DNA from: the human T2T-CHM13v2.0 reference genome, Homo sapiens
NCBI RefSeq assembly: GCF_009914755.1
Contig: NC_060927.1
Length of the DNA: 64,000 bases
Reading direction: 5' to 3' (one strand)
In this document: positions 1 through 13,824 of the stretch, one piece after another
Position numbering within the stretch: the first letter of the stretch is position 1
How the letters are laid out: every line of letters starts with the position of its first letter
The notes under the pieces: model-generated
Databases searched by the model: none
What the model saw: only the letters and a program-made list of their open reading frames with translations
Told to the model about the DNA's origin: nothing
Translations under genes and position numbers: made by a program

Positions 1-189
1 TGTACGATATATATTAAGTGAGGAGCCTGCAGGAAAGCATATACAGTTATTCCATAGCTATTTATTTCATCCACTCTTGAGGCAAGTAGCGTCTTTCCCT
101 GTCAGTTGGAACCAATCCAACCCACCCAACCCAACCTACCTAGACTCCCTAACTGTTCCTAGCTATCCTGGTTTCTTACTGAGCTAGTA

Positions 190-365
190 ACTAATAGTTT
201 GCTTTTACTGTATATCAACTTGTCAGGCTAAGGTTTTACATGATTACTATTTAATCCCCACATTGCCCATGTGAAGTAGGTGCTACTACCACCCCCATTA
301 TACTAATGAAGAGAGCAAAGCACAGTCCCAAAGTCAGCCAGCTGGTAAGGCCAAGCTCTTAGCGA
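190..365 (-). mobile_element. MIR SINE remnant
   Basis: tttaatccccacattgcccatgtgaagtaggtgctactaccaccccatt...aagtcagccagctggtaag resembles the reverse complement of the MIR core. Confidence 0.65.
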
Positions 366-924
366 TGCCTGCATGCTTCTGCCTTTGTTACTCCGCCTTT
401 CAAATTTCACCCAACTTCTGCTCTATAGCTTGATGGCACATGTTCAGGAAGAATTCCCATTTACTTCAGTCCATACTGATTACTCCCTTCTCAGAAGTAG
501 CTCATCCATACCTGGATGGAAGCTTTGCTTTCTGGTAATGCCAGCACCCTCTAATTTTCATGGGACAGGCCTTGGAGAGACTGACCCAGTCTTGTTTGCC
601 TGGGAAAATGGTGTTGATGGATGGACAGCTTCTTTGTGGTAGTGAGATTTGGGTTAAATAGCTCCAGTACCTTAAAAATTCCAAGATGTAACCTAAGCCC
701 TAGTCCCCCAAAATATTCAGAAACAGGGATTCCTAGAAATCTAAATCATGCCCTTTAAAAATTTCGTGTCCAAACCTGATAGACTTAAAAAATTAGAAAT
801 GAAGAATATTAGAGACATTCATGTCCACTGATATTAACCCCTTCCATCCTACTTCTCTAAAGCCATGCAGCTAGCTCAGAGAAAAGTAGGAACTCCAACT
901 CCTTCAGCTGTGGGAGGTGGGAAC

Positions 925-1130
925 AACACAGGCCCTGTGGTCAGATACCTTCAGTTCTGTCACTCACTGGCTGTGTGACCATGAGGAAATCATTCAGATC
1001 TCTTTAGATCTCAGTTTCCACACTAAAATCAGAGAAATGATACTTAAGGCCGTTATAAGAACTAAAATAGCTAATGTGAAAGTTTTGTAAACCATATAGT
1101 GCTCTAAAAATGCTACAAACTTCCATTATT
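925..1130 (+). mobile_element. MIR SINE remnant
   Basis: cactcactggctgtgtgaccatgaggaaatcattc...tctcagtttcc matches the MIR core. Confidence 0.75.
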
Positions 1131-2363
1131 ATTCTACATTTGGGATTTCTGACTTTCATGACAGAGATTTGTTTTTATCTTGCAATCCTCTGCTGCAACA
1201 ATTATCAATTGATGGTGTCCCAGACCACTGTCAAAATACAGTGTACATTATTCAAAGACCCCAAATACCAAATGGTCACAAGCCTAGTGTGTTATTATGT
1301 CTGAAAGTGTTTGAGTGACCAAAGAATGACTGAAGCTCTCATCTAAACAGCAGAAGGAAAACCAGAATAACCCAACAAAAGGTATCATGTACACACATCA
1401 ACTACCAGACAGGTTAAAGGTGGGCAACATCCTATGAGAGATGAGACTAAATTAAAGCACATGTTGGAACCTGCCTGTGGTCTGGGAAGAACAGCAGATA
1501 CAGACAGCAGAGAACAGCAGGAACAGACAACAGAGACCGGGACACAGATATGAGAACTTCCTAAAGAAGGAAGAAGGGATGAGTCCATTAAAAGATGACA
1601 ATTTAGAATGTCAAGAGTCCTCTGGTGTGTTCTAAAATGAGGCTGGCTACTTGTGTTGTTAGAGGCCTGAGATGATGTCTACATGTTTGGGTAATGATCT
1701 TGGATGATATGAACTGATAGCTAGGCCCAGAAGTAAGAAACAGGTACTGCCATAATAGTTATCAACCTTCCTGCCACAGTCTTGGGATGAGTTCCTCTGT
1801 CCTGGGCAAGTTGGCTGGGGCTGAAGCACAGAGCAAGGGCCATTGCAAGGTGCTCCTTATTAGGACATTTTTCATCTAACTTAGACCCACAGACTATGTG
1901 CACTTAGTTGGGGCCTAATTATCAAGAACCTGTATTCCACACATACACTATTTGATACTTAATATAAATAATGTACCCAATTTTATTTAGCAAAACTAGC
2001 AAAACTTGTACTCAAAATGAATGTTGTCTCTAGGCACTAATACCATTGATGTTTAAATCATTCTGAAATTACCTACATCACATCCCTTTGAATATAGAAA
2101 AATAATATGGCTCATCTTTGTTAAAAAGTATATTTAATTTTTTACATTTAATATCATTCTAAACGGGTAAGGAAGGTGAAAGATTGAGTTGGATAAAACT
2201 GTTAGAAAGTAAATATGATAACAGACCAAAAAGAAATTTTGTGGTTTGTGTATTTCATCACCAAAAGAAAGTAGCTCCCAAATTTATAGGGCAATTGCAA
2301 CATTTTTGAAGGAAATACGTGCAATTCTCTAAGGTAAATGTTCATTTGCATAGATAAAATCTG

Positions 2364-2399
2364 GTATGCGTGTGTGTGTGTGTGTGCGTGTGTGTGTGT
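2364..2399. repeat. (TG)n microsatellite
   Basis: Visible, nearly pure tg run. Confidence 0.95.
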
Positions 2400-3300
2400 C
2401 ATATCTCTTTACTTAACAGCCAAAACAATCTCCTATGTTACCTTCAGCCATTGTTTCCCCTCCCCTATAAATACATCTTCATTGCAAGCAGTTTGTGGGT
2501 GAGAAAATGCCTCCATTTTACCTATGTTCACCAGTTAGTTACAACCTGTTGGGCATACAGTAGGTGCTAAATAAATGACTGACTTTTAAGCCTCAAAACT
2601 TAACTATAGATAAGTGTTCCGAACACAAGAAGTAGAAAACTCAAGCTATATGGGCAGCCGATGAAAATTAACTGTGCACTTATATAGGCAGATGTAATTA
2701 AAAATGAGGGGAGGAGAAGAGAGGAATAAACAAAACCACCCCAAAAACTCATATCGTGTGCACGACATTATATCTGAAAGTGTCATAAATTTCCATTTTA
2801 TAGCATTAGGAAGCTGCCTTATGTTAATTCAAGGTGGGTAACATGCATATTAAAATATAGCTGTGCTATCTCTGCATTGTTCTCCCAGCTTAGAAGGTAA
2901 AATACTGAAGCAAACATGTGGCCTACCAGTGGGAATTAAATTAGAGCGATATTTTACATCATTGCATAGCATTGGTTCTTTGACATTCACAATGTTAACT
3001 TTGATATAAGAAATCAGCTAGGTTAGTTTTATCTGTTTATCTGGGAGAAACTTAATCTGGGTTTTGTAAGAAAATCATGGGGTAGTGGAATGGGGAGAGC
3101 ACTCGGTTCCTGGTGACACCATCTAAATCTTGAAGAACATAAAAATAAACAGCTAGGATTTCACCATGTAAGACAGGAAAAATGGGCACTTCAGAAAATT
3201 TAAATGGAGTAGGGGTGTAGAGAAGCATTTCATGTTTTAGAATGCATAGTTTTTTGGGGCCGAAGGAAACCACTCTTAGTCAACTTTAAGAAATAACTAG

Positions 3301-3599
<299 letters not shown>

Positions 3600-6500
3600 A
3601 AGAAATAACTAAAGTATCTGGGAATATTAAACCATGACTTCAAAGCTGTCCCTCTTGCAGCCTCAGTGAGGTGCGAAAGGTCTCTGATTTCAGGCACCCC
3701 TCACTCTGGCTTAATTCTTTCACTCTCACATATGGTTGTCTGATAAATCCAGCTAAAAGCAAAACCTGTGATGAGGTCTCAACTTGCTCCTCTGCCTCCC
3801 AACCCTCCCTTTAAGCTTGTGACCAAATTGCTGAATTCACCTCCTTTCTCATAGATCTGCCTGAAAAAAAAAAGAAAAGAAATCAGAAGACAGGTCCCCC
3901 CCCCACCCCACCCCCAGTTATCTCAAATGTCACGGCTAGGAAGTTTAGGCTGCATGGACCATCAAGACCCTACAATAAATTGAAGTAACAAACATATTAC
4001 CTTCTCCCGAATCCTCTCTGAACAGATCACCGTTTCTCTACCCTCCCCAAGGGAAACTCTGATCAAACAAATCTAGCCACTCTTTCCCTTAAAGAGCAAA
4101 ACTCACAAAATTAAGTTAAAAATTCATTCTTGAAGGTTGGAAAACAGCAGGAAATGTCTTTATTCTACATATTAAAACTTCCAGAGAAATCAATAAAACA
4201 AAGAATGTAACTAGCTGTCCTTCAAGAGTTTAAATAAAAACACACAACTAGCAAAATTATGAAGTGTGTCTTTCAGGATCCATTTTTCTGGACATGACTC
4301 AGACAACCAGCCATTTAAAGCCCTCTTTACATTTAGTGTTTTTAATATCTGCTCTTAAATTCTTAATTCATCCCAAAGTGCAAATGATTAATATTAAATT
4401 TCCTTTTTTCTTAAGAATGTTTATTTTAGCAAGAAAATAGTAACTTCCAGTACTTGTGGAACAACAGAACAAAGACCTTCCATACCTCATTTATATTGAT
4501 CTTAATGTAGCGTGTCTATTACTAAAGACATTTTACAGAATAAAACCCCAAATAGTCTTAAAAAGATAATTTGATTTTCTTAAGGACCATTCTCCAAATT
4601 CTTCGGACCCCAAAGACCACACCACACTCTTCCTCTATCAGGCTGCTACAAGATGAAGGAATGATCAACTAATTTACAGAATTTTAGGCTTTACCTAGAG
4701 CAGTGGAGAATGCAGTTTTTAGAGTTTTAATATTTGCTCACCCTTCCCCATATAAAGCAGAGTCTCAAATATAAACCCAGATTTCCTGCCTGCAACTGTA
4801 AATTCAGTTTCTGGATATACATCACCAAGATAAACTGTTAGATACAAGCATCACCCAGATGTTTTGTAGTATTCATATTAATAATCCTATAAGCCTCTCT
4901 TTGGGGCAGAAAACAATGATCATTACTGATCCAATTTCCATTACTGGATGAAGACTCCCAACTACTAATACAGATACATGTGTCTATCCCTCCCTTTACA
5001 GCTAACATATAAGGGCTAAATGGAAATCCTAGTAGTACAGCATTTATCTATCATTTTGCAATAATCTGTGGGCAGATAACACAATAGCGACTCGTTCCTT
5101 TAATTCAATTTCATAATCAGAAGTGATATGCAAAATATAAGTACAGAAAAGCTATTTTCAGAAAATATGATCTGATTTTTCACAGTTTTTGAATAAGCAA
5201 GATAAACGTTATAATTTGGAGTATGGTAATGGCTTTGGGAATTGTGTTCTGAGAAGTAAAATAAAAAGGGATTTAGCATGTAGATTAATCATATGGCTTT
5301 TCCAAAGATTCAAAATTTTGAGAAAGCCATTTTTAACATATCTGAAAATCACTTAGAATTTTCAGTGCCATCCTAGCCTCTTCCTCTAATTTTGGTTCAT
5401 AACCACATCTTATTTTGCTGGATTGCAATGGACTTTGAGGTTGCAATATGTTTTATCTGATGCTGATTCAATTTAGACAATAAAGGATTGAAGTTCTTGA
5501 AAGAAACATCTGGCCAACAAAACCTGATATGAGCAGAGAAACTATTAATCATTACTTTAGGTTATGGAAAATCCCACATTCAAATGAACCAAAAAGATTC
5601 TTGAAAATCTATCCCTCTACTCCCCATGAGGAAACAGTAGATTTTTCTAAAGCTCCCTGGGTGACAAATGCTGTCTGGTTACAACCATCTTAGCTAGAGC
5701 TAAGATGGTTTCAGAATCAAACTACAAATCATTTTGAAAGTTTCCTGTTTTGCAAACTCCGGATATAAGCTAAAGCGATTTTTCTATTCACTACCTAGAC
5801 ATCACCTGCTCATCAACAGATTTTAAAGCATCTTGCAGAGGCAAATTTCCAAAAAAGGTAGCCTAAGTACTTATCCACTATACCACCTCTTCAAAAGCAG
5901 CAGAGAATAAATACAAAGTTGTCTGATTAGTCAGTAAACAAAATGAATTCAAGCTGAGGTGCCTGAACACGGGCAAAGGAATGTTTTGTGCCACAGGCCC
6001 AAAAGAACAAAGCTCATTTTGTTGCACATTATCAGGTGTCATGGTTCATATCCTGGAGTGCCTTTAGAGACCCCAGGTGTGGCTGCTGCTCAGTGTTTCA
6101 GAAACATTCTTCTGTTTGGAAGGACATTGAAGAGCCGTAAATGCCACAACAGTTTCTCTACTTTCTAGGCCCTCTATGGTTTTGAAATTCATCCCATCTC
6201 CTTGGATTTATATTGATTGTGGGTATGGCTTAGTGGTGATGGGGGAAGGGGTCTAGTTCTCCAGGAGGAACTCAAAGGAAGGCAGTTGTATAGAACCACA
6301 GAAACATATAGAATTATAGAATAAAGTATTCTGAGCAGCTAATAAGACGACCATTTACTACTTTGCCACACAGAGGGAAAAGAAGGAAAACAGCTCCCAA
6401 CAAGGAAAAAAAAAATAAGTACCCAATGGTCCTCTTCCCTCTTTTGAGCATGGCTGTTGTTTCGGGGTTTTTCCAAGCCTTGTTTTTTTTCATCAATTAT

Positions 6501-7639
6501 TTTCTTTGATGCCTACTTCACTATGCATGGGAACAGAAAGCAAACTATTAGAAATTTTCACACTGCCAGAAGTTCAACAAATGAGTCTACAATTCCCAAG
6601 GCCCAGGGCCTAGAGAAATACCAGCTGAAATTAAAATAAGGAGAAAGAGAATCGATAAAGAGGTTAATTAGCTTATGTGGTACAGTCGAGGGAGGCAGAG
6701 CATTTTGCTGGGAAATAGCCAGGATGTCCCAATGGGGAGATGCAATCTTCTTAACCAAACGAGATGCCTGGGGAACTCTTTTCTCCAATACTTCATGAAC
6801 ACTAAAAAACAAAGCCACAGATACAAAGGACAGAGTGCTGGCCATGAAGAATCATGGGGAGCTACTTCATAAACACTTTAGGAAATACTGTTTTGCCCTC
6901 CAGCCAATTTCCTCTAAGCTTCAAGGTCAGAAAGAACTTTACAAAGGGTGACTAGCTGAGGAGTCATCCAATTTACTTCCTACTGACCCAAAAGAGAAGC
7001 CATTTATTACCACTGGCAGGAATGGATGAATTCTGACCATCCCCATTCTGACTTGGGAGTTTCTTTTTGACTGCAGTAGGGTATTTGAGTTTGAGGCCAG
7101 GGATCAAAATAAACTGAATGCTCACTCAGGACAGAAGAGTAACACTGGCCCCCCATGAAGAGAGTCCTCTGCACTTCCCCAGGGGTGAGTGTGTGACTGT
7201 ATATTTTCAGTTTGGTATAAAAACATCAGGAGCAGAATAACTCACCTGCTGAGAGACAGGTCTACTTCCCTAGGTCTGAACATCCTTTCCATCTTTCTTT
7301 AAACTTAAAAAGCACCTATTAAGAACTGTTTACTCTGGTTTTAAAGTGGAACTGACATGACAAGCGGCTGCACAGAAACAGGCCGAGAGAGGAACAATGA
7401 AGTCATGAAGGAGGCAGCCCTGGGCCCATTTCATCTCAAAAGAAGACTGCTCACCACTGTATGCTACTCTGCCAAGGTCCTAGAGACTTAGAAGAAGCAA
7501 GGAACCATGCTGTAGAACCAGGGCAGGCGGTACTCTAGAACTGGGAATTCATTTTCCACAGGCTTAATGTAAAAAGAGGTTTAAATGATTCCATGTAACT
7601 GGCCATCATGGCAGCATGCAAATTTACTTAGCATTACAG

Positions 7640-7805
7640 GAGTCCAAATTTCAGCTCTAACCCTACCAGACATGTGACCCTGACACTTTAACCACTCTCA
7701 GCTTCAGTCACCTCATCTGAGAATAACATCTCCCCATCTCAGATAGGAACTGGGACAGAGTCTTTGTGAAATACAAAGCAGATGTTCATGACATAATAAC
7801 TATTG
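7640..7805 (+). mobile_element. MIR SINE remnant
   Basis: catgtgaccctgacactttaaccactctcagcttcagtcacctcatctg is MIR core-like. Confidence 0.6.
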
Positions 7806-10232
7806 CTGTTGCTGTAGACCTTGTTTGATAGTATTTATGCTCATCACAGCACTCTGTCCTTGTGATCTGGCTTCTCAGAATGGAAAACAACATTCTAACG
7901 TCAATAAAAGCATGAAGAACATGTCAGGTACTTGAGAACCCATGCCACTTTCAAAGCCTAGCTGGGGTTCCCACCAGCAACAAAGAGCCAAAAGCACTGT
8001 CCGCCAAGATCCCCTTCTCTTGGGACATCAACACCCCATTCATCTTTGCCATAAACTAAGCCACACTTGATGTGACTTTCTGGAGAGCAGGCTACTTTTT
8101 CATCCCAGCTCAGATTCTGATGGCATTACACTGCCCGTGGGGATGGAATTCCACACATGCGGACAGAGACACAGCTTCTCAAAATCCCTCAATATCAAAC
8201 TGCTGTTGAGATTCTGATTTCATTGCTGATGAATCTCATTCCTGAGGTACAAGTCACAGAGCCTTTTATGGTTCCTGCATTTGGAGATTGTCCCTAGCCA
8301 CTACAGACAAACACATCATCTTGTGCTTAGAGACTGGTGCTTTTGTCCCTCATCTTCATTTTTCCACCACAGTGATGATGGATGCCCTGCGATCTCATGA
8401 AGAATAATGACAGCAAAATGAAAAGCGTATGTGTCATCTCTGGGAAGACACGTGGGCAGTAAAATATAGCTGTACCAAGGCTTTGTGGCCATAACTCCTA
8501 ATATCTCTGTGCAATTGGAAATGATTTTTAAAAACCTTTATGATTAATATTTTATCTAGAACTCCTACCACTGTGGAGGAATAGAACAAAGAAAATGCAC
8601 ATCACAAAGGGCCTTCAGCATCAATAAGTAAGAAATCTTTAAAGAGCTACACTATCTCACTAATGATTTCCCTACTGACCTGAATCAACTTTCAGAGAGA
8701 AAATGCAAGTAATAAAGGCCTAGGAGATGGGAGGATGACTCATTTGTTTCTTCTTCTAGCTGTTTTCTAATTCCCCTCACCTTTTTCCAATGCCCCATGT
8801 CAATCAAAGAAAGGAATGCCAACAGGCTCTCCTCACAACTGCCTGTAGCAACTACATAAGGAACCCACGAGACCAGTAAAGAAAAGCCAAGTCCAGACTC
8901 CTCTTGGTCAGGGTCAGCCAAGTTTCAACTTAAAATAGATAAAAAGGAAGCTCTTCCAAGTCAGGCCCAATTTAGGACTTCGCTCCATTTCTTCCAGGGA
9001 CACCATGCCAGGACCTGCCCTCCTTCTGCCCACTCCACCTGGTTCCCATAATTTTTCTTCCTGTTCACTTGACCCTCTAAGAAACTCTGGAAGTGGGGTT
9101 TATCCTATTGGTGAAGTATCAGCTAAGACAATTCAATGATGATAATCTCATTATAATCCCAGTAACCAATTTAATTAATTTACTCCTTGGACTGCTCAGA
9201 AGTTCAGTCTCTCTCATGTACACACATAAAATAATCAGACACATGTGCGCGCACACACACGCAAACACGCCACTGAAATTTGACTTCTCCTTACAAATAT
9301 TCATGGGTCTATCAACCTTGTAGTGTGCTGTAATAATCTACATTTTGTGATTTTCCTGTGCACAGCTTACATCCCACAAAGTCAAGGACAGTGTGTTTTA
9401 TATAAGAGAGAGAGAGAGCATGCACACGAGAGAGAGAGAGTGTATGTGTGTGTGTATATGGCACATAGTGTGTACTTTATAAATGTTGGGGGAATAAATC
9501 TCAAACCTGGACTTTACATTCAGGCAGAGTGTTGACAAAAAGTTGGAAGGACAGACCTAATATTTAAACATAACCTTTAACCAGAAGGCAGCCACATGAA
9601 TCTTTCAAGAGTCGCCATTAGGAACGCACCCACGGCTGATGGGATAAGACTCAGGTTTTAGGGTTAAGTAAGAGTCAGCAGTTGTCTATTGGCAATTGAT
9701 AACTATTCCTGAACACTCTGCCTGGTGGCCTAGAAGCTGACCCCTCACAGGAGTCCAGTCAGGACCACTGAAGATATGAGGAGCCTCTAACACTAAGCCC
9801 TTGAACAAAGAAGGTGGAAAGGATTCCAGTGCCTTACATTTTGCTTCACCCTCACGTTGGAAAGACCTTAACACTCACAAATGGAAAGAAATAACCCAAT
9901 AGATTACTATACAAAAAGAGGGAGGAGAAAACAAATTGCCTGGCTAATCTCATGGCCAACGGTAAAGAATTAATAGAAATTAAGGCAAAAAACTGGAAAG
10001 TGGTATCCACAACTGAAAAGCACAACCTCTTAATAAGCCAGGCACCCTTTATAATATCATGGAATCATAATTCTGAACTCTGTCATTGTCTGTTTCATTG
10101 TCCTTGTCTGTCCCTCACCCAGTGCTCTTCAAGAGATCCATTACATCCCTCTTCTTGCCCTCATTTACTAAAGCCCTCAAGGTATTAATCTGTAGTGCAG
10201 AGCTTGGCTGTTGCGTGCCATATAAGAGGATG

Positions 10233-10715
10233 TGACAATCCTTTGCTTGTCCAACCTTTAGTTAGCCTTCTGAATCTCCTCCTAGGCCCATCTATGCACT
10301 TCCTTGTAAAATCCAGTTTTAGCAAAAGAACCCTGCTAAGTCAGTTTAGCTAGAACCACCTATCCTCAATAGCTGATAATCCCTGTTATCTGATTATGTT
10401 CCTCATCCTCCACCATGCCCCAGGTGATGTCTGATCACCCGGGCTTGTTTTCAGCAAGAGTCCTGTTAGGTTGCTTAGCCAGAATCCCCCTTAATCCTGA
10501 AGTTTCCTCTTAGTAGGTTTCCACCTGCTAACCCCCACACAGCACCTAGGCTATAAATTCCCACTTGCTCAAGCTGTATTCAAAATTGAGGCCATTATTT
10601 CTCTCCCGCTGCAAGATGCTATTGCAATGGTTCCTGTGCCTCTCCCAATGACCTTGAATAAAGTCTGCCTTACTGTGCTTTTCCCAGTGTCACTGAATAA
10701 CTTTTTTCCCTAACA
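10233..10715 (+). mobile_element. Solo ERV1 LTR, MER31-like
   Basis: TG...CA ends; 4-bp TSD gatg (10229-10232, 10716-10719); TATA-like ctataaat and an AATAAA; MER31-type repeated motifs agcaagagtcctg and agccagaatccccc. Confidence 0.85.
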
Positions 10716-11409
10716 GATGAAAACCTGGGGAAATGGCATCCCTTCCCATCCCCACCTCCTCCCCAAGAGACACACACATTTTAATGAAAGCATTAATTTC
10801 CAAGAGGGGAAGGATGTGTTGATTTGGCCGGGGTGGATGGAGAGAGTGACTAGGGTACAGAGGCTCCCATAATTAATAGCATCTTTGTACTATGAGTTCT
10901 GTGGAGCTAAATTGACATGCTCTTGAGAAAACAAGGGGTTTGAGCTCAGCTCACAATGGTGGCTGCACCATCTGGTTTCCAATGAGTTGTTTTTAGCTAA
11001 ATTTTCAGTTAGGCTCATTAAAACCTAAGACACTTCAGTGTTTAGTTTAAACAAATGGGCTCACACAGCCCATTTTAAAAACTCAATAGAACCTTCCTTT
11101 CCTTTAATGGCTAAAATGCTTTACAAAATTCCTTGGGGTCAAATAGGATGTTTTTCCAAAGCTAGTTGTTTAAAGCTATTCCTAAGTAACTTCTCACAAG
11201 ATAACGAGGGTTATTACCGAAATATTGCAAATTTTATTTTCAAATATTTTCCTAAAGTTTCTCTTATATAAAGGTTTATCTTACATTAGGTATTTTAATA
11301 AAAACCTATCACCACTAGCAACAGATTACTTAAAAGCTTATGAGTCACATTTCAAAGAGATTTTGTCGGCTCTCCTTTCTTCCTCTATCAAAAGCCTACT
11401 GTGTGGAAG

Positions 11410-11866
11410 GATTGAGGTCCTCTGCCTGGTCTCCAGCCTCAGCTTTGGTGCCATGCCTCTCCTCCCACCTTCACCCATACAAGGCTACTCTCTTGCCCTT
11501 TGTGGCTATAGCATTTCTCCCACCCTTCTATACTATGCCACATCTTTACACCTTTGCTCATGCTGATTGCCTTCCCTTTTTTTGCTTAGTAAACAGACAT
11601 ACATATTTTATGATCCAGCCCAAGCATTACTTTCTGTGTTCAAGTCTTCTTGATATTTCTCCCCAAGCAAAATCGATTGCTTCCTCTTCTCCTTATACAT
11701 AATTTTAGTCACAACTTCCCACTTACTTATTTGCATGCCTGTCTTCCCTACTAAATGTCAATCTACTTTCAAACAAGAACCCCAGCAGGAATGATAATTC
11801 CTGGTAAGTAATCAAGAAATGTTTGTTGGTTGGATGGATGGATGATGGATGGATGGATAAATGAAT
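11410..11866 (+). mobile_element. L2 LINE 3' remnant ending in a (TGGA)n/(TGAA) tail
   Basis: cctttgctcatgctg...gaaatgtttgttggttggatggatgg...aaatgaat is typical of an L2 3' end. Confidence 0.7.
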
Positions 11867-11977
11867 ATCATTTTTGATAAAATCAAGGCAAACAGCCATG
11901 TCATAATTCCGAGTGTAAAGAAATCTATTTTAATTTCCTGTCTTCCTGTACAGAGTATGACTTCCTTGTATAAATAT

Positions 11978-12290
11978 GACTCATTCATTCAACAACTGAG
12001 CACCCAATCCTATGGGTCATTGCTTCAGGTGGTGTGGCTACAGCAATGGGCGAGGCACCCTCTTCTAATGAAGTTTGAACAAATAAATAAACAAATGCAG
12101 ACCATTTCAGATAATGATGTGTGTTATTCAGAGAATCAAACAGGAGAGAAAACACAAGGGCTGGATGGTTTGCCGGGAGGAGACACAAAACTTTGGTTTG
12201 GGTAGAAAAATCCTCTGTGAAGAGGTGACATTTGAGCTGTTTCCTGGATAACAAGACGCCAGGTTTTATGAACAACTAGGATCAAATATG
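11978..12290 (-). mobile_element. L2 LINE 3' remnant
   Basis: tcattcattcaacaactgagcacc...ctctgtgaagaggtgacatttgagctg. Confidence 0.75.
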
Positions 12291-12999
12291 AATACTATTA
12301 TTTATAACCTTTTCAATCCTAACCCAGCAGCGGGGTCAGTGGTTAGCCACTCTGGGGGTCACTGGGAGCAAGATAGTGACAGTGGCCTCACTCTGCTCAC
12401 CTCTCCAAGGGAGTTTTCACAACTGTGCTGATGAACCATGCTAGAGTGAGGGCAGACTGACCTAGACCTAGAGGCTTACCTTCCCTTCGTTTTGTTTAGA
12501 AAAACTGTCTGCTCAGTTTGATTTCACTGACCTTTTTAATAAAACAACCAGATTTAGTGTTTGCCTGTCCTCATGTACCCCTCCCATCACATCACACCCC
12601 ACCCCACCCCACTCCACCTCCTCTGTGATATCAGCCTGAATGTCATTCTTCATCACTTTCATCTGAAAGTGATTAGATTGACAGAAAGAACAAAAGCTGG
12701 TGTTTCACATCTCAATTTGTCTTGTCCCCCAGAGTCCATAAATCAAACAAAAATTCTACACAGCTCCTTAAAATACTCTGAAAGATAAAAGATCAATGTC
12801 TGGAAGCAACTTCTTTCAGGCATTCAGAACAGAAGCAACAAGTGAGAAATAAAGCTGCCCATTCCTAATCTTGGAGTAGTTTTTCCTGGCTTCTCAAGAG
12901 GAGTGGCATTTGCAAAGCTCTGTGGTTAAAGCACTGTGGAAAGCAGTTGTATTAATATACTTATGAAGAACTGCAAAAAAATGCCAGTTCGTTTTTTAC

Positions 13000-13345
13000 T
13001 AAGCAGTCAGTTGCCTACCAGAAAAAATTCTTCCCTTCTTCCTTGATGAGGGAACCTCAATTTTGTTCTAATATCCATGCCTCAATAAAACCACACTATT
13101 TCTGGTTTTTGTTTAAATCCTGGTCTATCCTGATAATCCCAGCCCTCTTGCAAGTGACTGGTTTAAGGGGTGGTTGTGACCTGTATGGGTCAATGAAGTA
13201 GGAGGCAAAAATCCATTGGAGGTGTCTGGAAAATTTTCCCTTCTGATGAAACACTCATAGAAAGAGACAGCCCTTTTCATAGTGCTGGACATTATCATGC
13301 CTGTATCTGACACATAGAACTTATAAAGCCATATTGACTGTCCAG
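13000..13345 (+). mobile_element. ERVL-MaLR LTR remnant (MLT1J-like)
   Basis: gttgcctacc...cccttcttccttg...attttgttc...cttgcaagtgactggtttaagggg...tctggaaaattttcccttctgat. Confidence 0.7.
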
Positions 13346-13824
13346 GTAAGCTAGCCTAAAGAGAAGCTAAAAGCCTTCCAACTGAAAACTGCTGTCATCT
13401 TGAAAATTCACCAGGCTATTCCCAGCCTTAAAAACAAGCAAGTTGGGATAAACTTGAAGGTCTATTCCAGCTCAAAAAGTATGGGATTCTCACCAAGGCA
13501 CCTTTTAGTGCTATTTTAGTTAGTAGAGCCAGTGTTGACATATGTGATGCTACTTGTAAAAAAAACTCTGCCAGGTGACCAGAGACTCATAGGGAGTTTT
13601 GTTCATAGGAGGATATGAATTGGGATTTGCATGCCCAAAGGCTTTCAAATTTAACTTTTGGAATAAATCAAGAATCAGAGCAGGTTAAGGAAGGGCATTA
13701 GGAGAAATAAGACGTTTACACTGACTGTACCAGACTGCAACTCTGTCAACAGAGAGGAACAATTTTGAGAGAAAAAAAGGAGGGGGTTTTCAAATTTCAA
13801 TGATGTTGCCTTTTAAAAAATCTC

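Noticed and set aside
8370-8445. Possible C/D-box snoRNA (gtgatga box C)
   Set aside because: There is no suitably placed CTGA box D and no terminal stem.
11780-12080. Tail-to-tail L2 pair as a miR-28/miR-151-type microRNA hairpin
   Set aside because: The ends are ~110 nt apart and diverged. I saw no clean stem and no known mature miRNA sequence.
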